Shown here: piece after piece, positions 22,800-33,623 of the stretch
Position numbering within the stretch: the first letter of the stretch is position 1
How the letters are laid out: each line of letters starts with the position of its first letter
Assembly (NCBI GenBank): GCA_032718475.1
Contig: JAUCBJ010009061.1
Span: 1 to 48,960 of the forward strand
DNA length: 48,960 nt
DNA from: Nemertoderma westbladi
Taxonomy: Eukaryota > Animalia > Xenacoelomorpha
Direction: 5' to 3'
Notes under the pieces: model-generated
Told to the model about the DNA's origin: nothing
Databases searched by the model: none
Seen by the model: the letters and a program-made list of their open reading frames with translations, nothing else
Translations under genes and position numbers: made by a program

Positions 22800-23350
22800 T
22801 CGGATTGTTGTTGGGTTTGGAGAGATTACGGCGTGTGTAGAGTTTGTCCGATAGAGTGCCAGTTAGTAAGTTGGGGCAGCCATCGCTGTAAGGTCAATCC
22901 CCTCTTAAAGAATAAGTCGTACTACCGTGTTAGAACGCATACTAACTAACAATTTTGGAATCTGCACATACTGTAGTTTATTTAGGCTTGACAGTATTCT
23001 GCCAGCGTTTTGGCCTGTGTTTGTTTGTGTGGTCTGTTCAGGTACCGTAATAGTTATTACTCAGATATTTTGTAGGCTGGATTGTTGTCTAGCTATTATT
23101 AGGTCTGAAGAGATTGCTGCTTGTGTAGAGTTTGTCTGATAAAGTGCCAGTTAGTAAGTTGGGGCAGTCATAACTGTAAGGTCAATCCCCTCTTAAAGAA
23201 TAAGTCGTACTACCGTGTTAGAACGCATACTAACTAACCGTTTTGGAATCTGCACATACAGTAGTTTATTTAGGCTTGGTGGTAGTCTGCCAGCGTTTGG
23301 TCTGTATTTTGTTTGAGTATTCTGTACGGGTAGCGTAATATTTATTTTTC
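22800..23350 (+). repeat. ~288-bp tandem duplication in the BEL 5' leader
   Basis: tgtgtagagtttgtc...gtaaggtcaatcccctcttaaagaataagtcgtactaccgtgttagaacgcatactaactaac at 22834 and 23122. Confidence 0.9.
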
Positions 23351-24678
23351 AGAGTTTATGCGATTATTCGCAACATTCATGTCCCCAAGTTTATTCCTAC
23401 AGTAATTGTGTTTGTTACACATACCGTTATAGTTAAATTAACCCCGGTACTACACGGGCTGCTTGGCGTAGGACAAGACTGGTGATTTTGTGCACCGGTC
23501 ACTCCAGCAGATGCCGTGGTTCTTTTAACTGTTCAAGTATATTTAACTACTGATTATTTGTTGTACCAGTACTTGTACCTAATTTAGGGTTTAGTGTACA
23601 GTGCTTTCCGAAAGTAATTAGTGTGTAGGCAGTATATTTGTGTTGTAAAGTGGTTAATAGGCACGCTGGATCTGGTAGTCCGCGGTAATTAACTTCTAGG
23701 TAGGAACACTCCGTGATACATAACGTAGTACCTATAGCGATACGGTTATAGGTCGTCAGGCTATTTCGTGGTAGTGGTATTTTCCTATCTGGACAGTGCA
23801 ATATATTTACTACTACTTATTATTTCAAATACCGTAGTACCCTGTCCGTTGTAATAAACCGAATTCTAACCCTTTGTTAGACTGGTTTGTAGACTTCCTG
23901 TAAAATTACCCTAAAAATTCGTACGTAATATTTTTTGTTGTGTTTAATTAGAGAATTAATCTCAACCATATCGTAAGTAATTTGTAGATAAGTAACTTAG
24001 GAAGTAGAATTATCTGTTTTAGTATCTAATAAGTAGCACTTCACTGAGAGCGCACAGCTTTTGTGTAGTGATTACTTCCCAGAAATAATAACAGCTATTT
24101 CAATATTGTAACAAAACCCCTCATACGGGTATATATAATATAAATCCACTAAATCTATTAATAAAATAGTAGGCCTGTTATACAACACTTAGGTCTTAAT
24201 ATCAGTTGGACTACTGCTTAAATAACGGTAATAAAGTAAGTAAAGTAACCAAGTAACCCCTAACATTCAGAAATTCAATTATTTTAAAATAATTGACATA
24301 CCGGTATTTACAATAGGCTTATTATATTTATTCGATAAATTCAGGCTGAAATCATACCGGTACTCTGTAATTAATTCTAGTCCAGAATTATACTTATATA
24401 CTATAAGTGTAAGCTGCATACCGGTATTCACGATAGGCCTATTATATATTTATATATATTTGTGCTAAAATTATATACCGGTACTCTGTGACAAATCTAG
24501 TCTGTAATAATACTTATATATATACTATAAGCATACCAGTATTCTAATATATTGTATATATATCACGTTACACCGAGTAACGGTATCGGTAATTAATCGC
24601 TAGGCTTGCAGTGATACTGAATTACTAGACTTGCTTTAACTGTAATATAGCAGTAGGCATTCAACTGTACAAACAAAA

Positions 24679-27600
24679 ATGTCTGACACAAAACGGGCAC
24701 TGTCAGATAGTCTTTTGGAAGGTGTTAGAATGAGTCTTAGACTTGGACAGGGTCTTGAAAGGAAGATGGCAGAGGCAATGGCAACAGCAGAAGCGGAAAG
24801 AAAGGCGGCAGAGACAATGGCAACAGAAGAAGCGGAAAGAAAGGCGGCAGAGGCAATGGCAACAGTAGAAGCGGAAAGAAAGATAGAGACACCTGTACTC
24901 CCAGAACCTGCCTATAAATTCCCTTTGTACAGTACTAAACTACCTGTGCCCAGTAGGACTGTTCCCGAGTCCGAACCCGTCCTGGACGCCGAGCGAGATA
25001 TCAAGAATTTATCGCCCGTCGTCTCTCGCTCGCCCGCTACTACGTTGGCGACTCCCGCTTCGGCGGTTGAGTGGGTAGCTGAGGGACGACGGGAGATGGG
25101 TCTCCTGCTCGAGCAGCTGAGGGAACACTGTTTGTGCTCCTCTCAGCAGGTGCGGGAAATGGAAGAGACTGTTCAGCAGCTCAAGGGAACAGTAAGGGAA
25201 AGTAGGTTAGAGTTGCAAAAGGTGCAGCAAAGTATCGCGTTAGAACGCGATAAATTAGTCAATTTACAAAAGGGTATACCACCACCCCCTGTAACAATGT
25301 GTCAACCCGTTAGGTCTGAAGTATCTCATGCGCAAGGTGTGGAGCCTACACGCATCTATACTGCTAGTGAAGTAGAAACTCCTATAGTAAACCCTATTCA
25401 GGGTGATTATAAACCTGTTGATAATAATATTCCATATAGACCTGATCATAATCCGAGAAATTTATATACCGATAATTCTATATTCAATAATACGATGGCT
25501 CAAGAAAGTTTTACGCGTCAAATGGCTAGAACCGAAGCCCGTCAAGCGGTAAAGGTTGGAGAGATCGTCAAGTTCAATGGAGATGAGATGAAATGGTTAC
25601 CTTTTAATGAATATTACAAAGATAACATACAGAATTCTGTGCTATCTAACGGAGAGAAACTCAGATACCTCATCGAATGCTTGGAAGGACCTCCCAAGTT
25701 AATGGCGTTAAAATTTATTGGACATCCAGATGGATTAAGACAAGTTTGGGATACATTAAACATCAGGTATGGTAATAGGACTAACATAGCTAGGTATTTA
25801 TATGCGAAATTAATGGCGCCCCGAAAGTTTCTTAGCAGCGGGATTATAGAATTTTCCGATGAGATTCAGGAGATCTGTAGACAGTTAGATTGGTTAGGTA
25901 AGTCTCATGAATACCAGAACTCTATGGTTGTAGGAGCCTTAGCATCTACTTTACCAAAGGGTGGAGTAGGTACACGCTGGGACAAGAAAGTGTTGTATAT
26001 GATGGAACAGCAACAACGAGACCCTACCATGGCTGATCTCATGTCCTTCTTAGATAGTGAAGTAAAATTACAACTCATAAAGCAGTCCAGAGAGAAAACA
26101 TCGGAAAATAAGGTAAGTGAGAAACCCGTTTCTAGGAGAAGGGTAACACCAGTGTGTTATACTGACGACGGCGAAAGCCAAGTCTCTCAGGAAGAGGACA
26201 GCGGGAAAGACACAGCAAAATCTTACTATGATAACAAGACCTATAAAGACGTAAGTAAATATAAGTCTCGAACCAATGACAGGAGAGAACAGGTAACAAC
26301 AACTCCTCCTACGTCTCATAAGAGAATTCACGGAAGAAAGCCCGAAGAAAGAATGAGAGTGCATAACGTTACCCAAGGTAAGGTGAGTAACATCAAACCA
26401 AAATGTGCGCTGTGCGACGGGCCCCACCGTTTGAGTGTGTGTGCTGAATTACTAAAGAAATCCCTGGTAGACAGACGTGAAGTCATGTGGGATAAGCGGT
26501 TATGCTATAAGTGCCTCAGACAAGGACACCAACGGCGAACCTGTTACTCCGACGTAAGGTGTGCAAAGTGCAGTGCGAAACATCACATCTTGTTACACAG
26601 TGAATTCGAACGAAACAACCCGAGTCAGGTAAGTGAGCCCGAACTACATGTCCAATTCAGTGATGAAAATGACACTGATCAAGAATCTGAGATGGAAGGA
26701 TTCTATACTGACGAATTCTCCGACGCCAACGAATCCTGTTATCTAATCAATACCGCGGTGTATCGAGCACTTACTTACGAAAAGGACACCGACAATGAGT
26801 CCCCCCCAACTACCTTTGACAGACAACCATCTTGGAAACCTCCAACTTCCAACATAGGAATCAGAGAATTTCCTGTAGTGCAGTTAAGAGTTCACGGTCC
26901 CAACAAAAGTTACATAGTGAACGCCCTCCTTGACTCCGGCAGCACAGGAACATTCATCGAGCAAGAACTAGCCGAAGATATCTTTGCTGGACAACCCAAA
27001 TTCCAAACTAAGTTGAATATGTCCGGAATTATACAGGTTTGGAAATCTACCATAACGGCAGATTACTATGTAGGTGCGTTGTCCACCCCCCAGGATAAAT
27101 TAGGAGCACAAAGTATAAGGTCAGTAAAAATGGTGGCTATAAAGAACTTCACTACTACCCAAGCAGACCTTTATAATTGGGACGAGGATGAGAGCATCCA
27201 ACATCTTAAGATACCTCGATTCCAGACAGATTATCCTGGAGTGCAAATACTCATCGGCCAAAACGCGCATGAGGCGCTCGAGACATTGGAGAAACGGCCT
27301 GCTCAACCGCAGCCACTACAAACCTATGCGGTAAGAACTAGAGTAGGTTGGTACTTCACTGGCCCTTCCCGTAGAACTCTCAAAGAGAGATTACCTCAAC
27401 AACAGGTATACCAAGTAAAGGAATGGGAAGTGGAGAGCAGTGATGTGGACGATCCAACTGAGGGAACACCATACTCCTCAGATAATGACGATATTAACTC
27501 CAATGTAGATCAATGGAGACATTGCCTTGGGACGATTAATCCAGCCGACATCGCTTCCAGAGGAGCAACTCCTCAAGAACTGATAGATACTCCAGGCTGG

Positions 27601-27837
27601 TTAGGTGGATCCGACTTCTTAAGTAAAGAAGAAGAAGAATGGCCTCCTCATCTTACCACGGCGAAGATTAGACAGGCCAAGGGAGCGGAGAAAGTAACAC
27701 AACAACTCAATCGCCCAGCTGGTCGTTTATGTTTACTGGAAAGAGACCGAAAACTGTCCGGAAACTATGGAAGGCAAGATACTCTTCCTACGACCACTTC
27801 CCTAATCCGACAAATATCTAGGGACTCCATAACGTAA
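24679..27837 (+). CDS. BEL/Pao Gag-protease polyprotein, internally deleted (no RT, most of RNase H missing, no integrase)
   Basis: Coiled coil; capsid-like KFNGDEMKWLPF...EKLRYLIECLEG; knuckles CALCDGPHRLSVC, CYKCLRQGHQRRTC and CAKCSAKHHILLH; protease ALLDSGS; then directly the RNase H tail WRHCLGTINPADIASRG...WLGGSDFL...WP. Confidence 0.9.
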   Translation: MSDTKRALSDSLLEGVRMSLRLGQGLERKMAEAMATAEAERKAAETMATEEAERKAAEAMATVEAERKIETPVLPEPAYKFPLYSTKLPVPSRTVPESEPVLDAERDIKNLSPVVSRSPATTLATPASAVEWVAEGRREMGLLLEQLREHCLCSSQQVREMEETVQQLKGTVRESRLELQKVQQSIALERDKLVNLQKGIPPPPVTMCQPVRSEVSHAQGVEPTRIYTASEVETPIVNPIQGDYKPVDNNIPYRPDHNPRNLYTDNSIFNNTMAQESFTRQMARTEARQAVKVGEIVKFNGDEMKWLPFNEYYKDNIQNSVLSNGEKLRYLIECLEGPPKLMALKFIGHPDGLRQVWDTLNIRYGNRTNIARYLYAKLMAPRKFLSSGIIEFSDEIQEICRQLDWLGKSHEYQNSMVVGALASTLPKGGVGTRWDKKVLYMMEQQQRDPTMADLMSFLDSEVKLQLIKQSREKTSENKVSEKPVSRRRVTPVCYTDDGESQVSQEEDSGKDTAKSYYDNKTYKDVSKYKSRTNDRREQVTTTPPTSHKRIHGRKPEERMRVHNVTQGKVSNIKPKCALCDGPHRLSVCAELLKKSLVDRREVMWDKRLCYKCLRQGHQRRTCYSDVRCAKCSAKHHILLHSEFERNNPSQVSEPELHVQFSDENDTDQESEMEGFYTDEFSDANESCYLINTAVYRALTYEKDTDNESPPTTFDRQPSWKPPTSNIGIREFPVVQLRVHGPNKSYIVNALLDSGSTGTFIEQELAEDIFAGQPKFQTKLNMSGIIQVWKSTITADYYVGALSTPQDKLGAQSIRSVKMVAIKNFTTTQADLYNWDEDESIQHLKIPRFQTDYPGVQILIGQNAHEALETLEKRPAQPQPLQTYAVRTRVGWYFTGPSRRTLKERLPQQQVYQVKEWEVESSDVDDPTEGTPYSSDNDDINSNVDQWRHCLGTINPADIASRGATPQELIDTPGWLGGSDFLSKEEEEWPPHLTTAKIRQAKGAEKVTQQLNRPAGRLCLLERDRKLSGNYGRQDTLPTTTSLIRQISRDSIT

Positions 27838-28385
27838 TAACATATGGAGTGGGCGTGTGACTATATCATTTTATATTTGTTTTTATTTTATATTTATGTA
27901 TGTATTATTATGTAATTTTATTATAATCGTTTTCTTTAATTTTATTTAGTAGAATGTTATTTTAGAATATTTAGTAGATTAGTGCAATATATTAGTGTTT
28001 ATTACGTAATTACATATACTATAATATATATTTAGTGTGACGGCGAGAAATAATTATTTTTCTCTTTCCTTACTGTCCGTATCATATTATAAATACGTGA
28101 CTACAGTAAGATGAAATGTCCGTACTTATTAAAGTACAATAAAGCCACTACTATATTCAAGTATTATTGGTAGGCAGAGTATTAGGAATGCAAAGTTCAG
28201 ATCCTCGTGTCTCGGCTAAACCAAGCTCTGGGTAGACCTTGGAAACGACTTGCCTCTTCACACTGACATTGCTTCGTGCGATATTGCTCTTCTACCTTAT
28301 ATTAAATAATACATATAGTAGCGTGATGTCCCTATAACAGTAGCGTAAAACGCAAATAAATCTGTTAAACCTTTTGACCATCTGT

Positions 28386-28650
28386 AATTCTAGTCGATTA
28401 AGATATCGCGGCACCCACCGATATACTTGAAAGACAAATTCTAGAATCAGTGGTTAACGTCCCCAGACAAGTTCTGGAATAAATCGGTGCCCATCTTAAA
28501 TATTAATTTAATATTTATTAAAATCTGTAAAATTCAGATCCGTTAACAATTCTAGTCGATTAAGATATCGTAGCACTTACCGATACTCTTAAAAGACAAA
28601 TTTCATAGAATTAAGGATCCTATGTCCCCAGACCTGCTCTGGAATCAAAT
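28386..28650 (+). repeat. Diverged direct repeat with ~162-bp spacing in the BEL internal non-coding region
   Basis: aattctagtcgattaagatatcg...aaagacaaatt...gtccccaga at 28386 and 28548. Confidence 0.8.
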
Positions 28651-29464
28651 TGTGTCAATTTTAACATCAAATAATAAAATTCACGGGAATAAATTTAAAT
28701 TCATATTTTAAATGAATTTCATAAATTGTCATTTTGTACAATTTATAACATTCCCAAAATTCCATTAATTAATAGATCATGGGAGCGGAGATTCATCCTA
28801 TTGAGTGTATTAGAGTGCGAGAATCTCCAACATATAGTCAATAGCCGATAAAATTAATAAAATCATGCATAAAGAGGATATTGACAATTAAAGAATTATT
28901 ATTAAATAGCATCCCAGATCTGTATGCATGAGAATTACCCTAATTCTACCGCTAGCATTCCATAATGTCACCATAGCAACACCCACGCTAGAATTAGAAG
29001 CAAGTTAAAAGAACAATAGAAAGCTTGTCCCATTGCATAGCATAGAGAATATAGCACACTGTTAGTATCCAAGGATACACAGTAATAACGTGACATTCTG
29101 GAAGGCACTGACTAACGGACAAATGGCCTGTATGTGTACAATTGGTGACAGTTGTGTGGAATTTGTGCGTTTGTAGGTGAATGTTACTGCTAAGGTGTGT
29201 TTACAGTAGCTAGTCGCAATTGTGAAAGTAACCCAACTCTCCTATAGAAAGAACCTAAAGTGGATTCAAGCCTTTGGGACGGACAGTGGAGTGACTTGTG
29301 CCGGTTATCGTTGTCGTACTGTTGCTACATGTTGGCGTAAACACCGCGACAACGGTACATCGGCGCTGAGGATCCCACTGTCCGGGGGCAAAGAGAGGTG
29401 GGCAGCGACGTCCGCTCGCCTAAACATAAACTCATTTCGATATTAACAAACTCAGATAGCAGAT

Positions 29465-30914
29465 ATGACGGAGTTGATAGAAGATGATCTTGGTATCAAG
29501 GAGCGATATACTCTACCTTTGCAAGCATTTGTGGATAGCTTAATACGCGGTGAAGCCGATCCAACCATTACGGAGGACGATGGTCGTTATATCGAACCGC
29601 CGATGTCCCAAGAGCAACTTGCGCGTGAATTGGACTATCGAAAATCCACCGCGCGCTATACGCATCGTAATAGTACGTATATGGACTTCCTAACTACCGG
29701 CCATCCTATCGATTTACATGATACGGACGATGTAGACACCGAAAGGGAAATGGTTCTATTTAAATATCATACCCAGCGGAGTCGGAACGATAAACCGAGA
29801 ATAGATCACGAAAATTCTATTCGTAACAGACTGGGAAGACGAACCAATATGCCTAGAATCTGAGGAGATTCAGCCTATCGCGCCCGGAACAGCGACAACG
29901 ATTACATCCTAGAATGGTATCAAGGTCCACAGTGTCTCACTGCGTACGATTATCGACATGCCAACTATGTTTCTAGGCAACGTTGTCGGTTATGCGCATC
30001 GAGAGACCACGATACGCCCATGGACACCAACGTCCGCTGTTCCTATTTCCAAGAACAACCGACTATGGAAATTTATTGCGCATATTGCAGATTTAATAAT
30101 TTGCACGTTTTTGCGGTTTGCCCTCAATTTATGACTCAATGTCACCATTGTCAACTAAAGGGACACGCCAGTTTCGATTGCCCTTTTTTATCACGATTTG
30201 GAAAGCGTAGATGAAATGATCACACTACGTTACATCAGAGCTTGGGAAGCGAACGCTGATTTACATTGTGATTCGCGCCATCGCTATTATCCCGGACGCG
30301 CTTACGAAGGAGTTTATGCGTTCCATCCTTATCTATTCGCTTCAGTTGAACAGAAATCACGCATATCAAGTTACGAGCTACTGAAGCGCGTCGGAGAATG
30401 TATTTCAACTAAATTCGTACGCAAATTTCTCAGGAGTGTTAATCCTAGCGACCTTCATTCCTATAACTTAATCAATTATATCCGTCAGGATCCGGACTAT
30501 GGAGACTTGTTTGTTAACTCACACCCCGAGTTACAGGAAGTACATCGAAGGCCTTACGAATACCGAGCCCGCGAACGCGAGTTGGAAAGGACCATTAAAC
30601 CCCGGAGGTTTCTAACTGCCTATGGTCCACCCACGGCCCTCGTTCAGACCACTCGTAAAGGACCCGTAAGAGCGGCTGTCTTGAAACGAGCTCTCAAAGC
30701 CGTTAGACCCCTCTCACCTGACGTTGATGTCAATCAACCCGGTACTTCGACTGGCGGATACACCGACCATAATCCTACACCCTCTGATGCAATCATATTG
30801 CACCCTTCACCCAGGAGTTATAGCCCTCCTTGTAAAGTGGCTCGCCCCAAAGAGAAAAGGACTCTGGCTAGCTTTAAAAAACTGCGTAAACGCCGTCCGC
30901 GCAAGAAAGACTAA
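29465..30914 (+). pseudogene. Extra 3' ORF of the BEL element: triple Cys/His zinc-knuckle protein with a basic C-terminus, interrupted by one TGA and one frame change
   Basis: ORFs 29465-29863 and 30020-30214 are in one frame separated only by TGA at 29861. It encodes CRLC-x4-H-x8-C, CAYC-x5-H-x4-C and CHHC-x4-H-x4-C. ORF 30198-30914 joins if one T is removed from the T6 run at 30184-30189. Confidence 0.65.
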
Positions 30915-30992
30915 CTGTTTAGAATATTTACGTATATTAGAAACTGTGATTTGGTATATTGTATAGACTCAAATCCCATTTTCTGGGAGCGG

Positions 30993-32256
30993 TGTAAAAG
31001 CTTCTGTGGGATATAACTGGCCCTTTTGCTTCGCAATCCAGTTTCCCCCCAGGCGCTGGAATACTCTAAAAAAGGTTCTCTAACTATACATATATTCCCC
31101 TCGCCCGCAAGGTACCGTTACAGGTGTTTTAACGGACATAAAAGTCATTCTGCTATATACGTGTTTTAGCGGACATAGTAAGACAAAAAACCTGCAATGC
31201 ACCAAATGCCTTTCACAGCTTGGCCGTGATGATTCCTATTACGACATCTAACAGCCGGTTGCTGACATGGAAACAGCCATTGGACGCATGGTTCTTTGTT
31301 TGGCTTGAGCCAATCAGAGCGATTTTTCCTGTCGACGTGTAGCTTTTCGGCCGATCATAAGGAGAGTGTTCAGTCTTACTGTTTTTTCTTGATACTTTGT
31401 TGTTATTGCTGTCTAGGCCAGGAACAACGGCTCTAGAATCAATTCGTTTCATACTTTAGAAGAAACATTAGTAGGCTTAAATTATAGAGCGTATGACTGT
31501 TATCGATTCATATCAATGCATAACAATACTTTGTTCACATCTTGTCATATCATATCTTAACTTACCGTCTTAATGCTGTTTACTGTTGTGTTTTGGTTGA
31601 ATATTATTTGGAGAACATATATAAAGAACCCAAATTTCCCAATTTTCTTGATACCACTACAGGTTAGAGAGGCGGGTTATATATAGCGATTGCGACTTAT
31701 ATTGTTGAGGTTTGTAGTGAATTTAATGCTATTTGATAAGCACTACATTGGTCCGTTGCTGTTCTCTTTATATATGATAAAATTCATTGACGGTCGGCAA
31801 ATTAGTGTGCAGTATTGTGTGTTACCGGTAGTGTGCATGATTGTGATTGATAACTAAGCATTTCCTAAAGAATGCGCCTCATACGTGAATCTTAAGCCTT
31901 ACCGACTTACCGTTGTGATTAGTATAAGTCATATCTCGGTTTACTTAGATAGAGCGCCACGTCCTAAAGGAACTGTTAATATTTCCCGAAAGTAAATAAT
32001 ATTAGTCAGAAATTAATTATTAACGATCAATCGAATAATACAATACAGTAAGCTTCACTGCAATAATAATTTAAGCCCTCAGAATCCAGTCTCCCGGGAA
32101 TATCCAGCGGGTGAATGGACGCGCACTAGGCTGGCTTCTGCTAATGTTGTGTTTATTGGTATTAAATATTTGTCATCTTCTAAAGTATATCTATAAACCA
32201 AAAGACATATAAATTTTGGCAGGTTAAACTGCTAAAGGTCTTCAAAAGCGCGTACA
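30993..32256 (+). repeat. 3' LTR (1264 bp)
   Basis: Matches the 5' LTR except for a few substitutions and one short replaced segment near 31488-31497. Confidence 0.95.
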
Positions 32257-32261
32257 ACAAG

Positions 32262-32830
32262 GAGAAATCGAGTCAACCTTGCTGCCACCTTGTAAATATT
32301 GTTTAAAGAGAGACACCTATCCCGAGCCAACTACCAATCGTATATAAGCTTAGTACCCATCATCAATGTATCTTCTCCCATAGGTCTGGGATGGCTGTTA
32401 GATGAGGAGGATATGATAATATCGGATTGGATGCATGTTATACCAGCTCCATAATCTATCCTCTCCCTCTCTAACTCTGCTGTATTGCAATTGTAAACCA
32501 CCAACATGTATCTGCCGGTTGAGTACAAAACAAAGACCCAAGACTTTACTGCCTGTTCTGTACAAAACAAAAAGTTGAAGTCGCGTTAGGTCCATAAGAG
32601 CGATAAGTCCCATTGCTATTTAAAGGAGCAGGTTAGTAAAGGACCACGTTACTGAGGCGTGTTGGGGGAACCAAAACAATAAACGAAAGTCGAAAAAATT
32701 GGGTGTTGAGTCTTTGTTTTGTACTCACTCTGTATCTGCCTACAAAACAAACATCAACATCATTGCATTGAGTTGTGCAAATTCCAGTTATGTACCAACA
32801 GGAAGGAGGCGAAATTTGAATGAACTGAAG
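32262..32830 (+). pseudogene. Academ-like transposase remnant, right arm part 2 (GW...WM...PAP and Cys-rich tail)
   Basis: EIESTLLPPCKYCL, then SSPIGLGWLLDEEDMIISDWMHVIPAP, then CNCKPPTCIC|LQNK...CIELCKF once the MITE is removed. Confidence 0.6.
32517..32730. mobile_element. Mutator (MULE)-like MITE, 214 bp, with 10-bp TSD
   Basis: TIRs ggttgagtacaaaacaaagacccaa and ttgagtctttgttttgtactcactc. tgtatctgcc is duplicated at 32507-32516 and 32731-32740. Absent from the homologous left arm. Confidence 0.8.
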
Positions 32831-33623
32831 CTTTTGACGTGATTTTTGACTAACATTTTTGCACTACTTGTTTTATTCGTACCACAGGTGACACTTTAAA
32901 AATTACCAAAAAATTTCACGAATGTAATATTGCAGTTCTATAATCGCTTCAGCATCCAAAAAAAACCGCTATATATCCCAAATAAATTAATTATAATGAA
33001 TTATGAAAAATATTGAAAATCTTAGTACGAAAGTACTGGAGATGGGTGCCCGAAAGGGAGCACAGCACGATAACTAACATGGCCATGTAAATTGCGTTTG
33101 CTCTATTGGATAACCCATTAAATTTTAGGAAAAGTCACGAAATCTCGGTTTTCCAAACAAACCTTACTCAATGATACAGATTAATTACAAAATTTTGCCA
33201 CAACCATGCAATCCACAATTGGCAATCCAAATGCAGCGTACATTAAGAATTCTATGCCGGCTTATCAACAAAGTTGCACCGCCACAATTCCCTATCCCCC
33301 ATAACTTTCGTGAGATTAGCTGCATCTTCAAGGCCAGTGTCATTTAGGAGGCGTCTTAAGAAAGTCATGGGCTGTCCATCATGCTGCCTAGAATAATATC
33401 AAATGTTAAGTCTACTCATCTAATACTGTTGGTGTTGCTGTAATAACCCTTACATGATTTCACCAAATTTCTCCATTCCTTACAGCGTTTGGAACACTTT
33501 CTACTGTACCTGCAAACTGAGTATAAAACTTTTACTCTAGTTCGACCCCAGTCTCCATTCATTACATGATTTTTTCCTACTAGTGTAAGGTTTGGGAAGG
33601 AATACGCCCCCGGCCCAAGTAGG

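Larger units (their letters stand above)
21126..32256 (+). mobile_element. Young, non-autonomous BEL/Pao LTR retrotransposon (11.1 kb) with 5-bp TSD ACAAG
   Basis: TGT...ACA LTRs at both ends. acaag at 21121-21125 and 32257-32261. PPT-like gggagcgg before the 3' LTR. BEL-type gag with three Cys/His knuckles. Confidence 0.93.

Noticed and set aside
30183-30190. T TTT TTA as a programmed -1 frameshift site
   Set aside because: The downstream long ORF (30198-30914) is in the +1 frame, not -1. A one-base homopolymer insertion explains it better.
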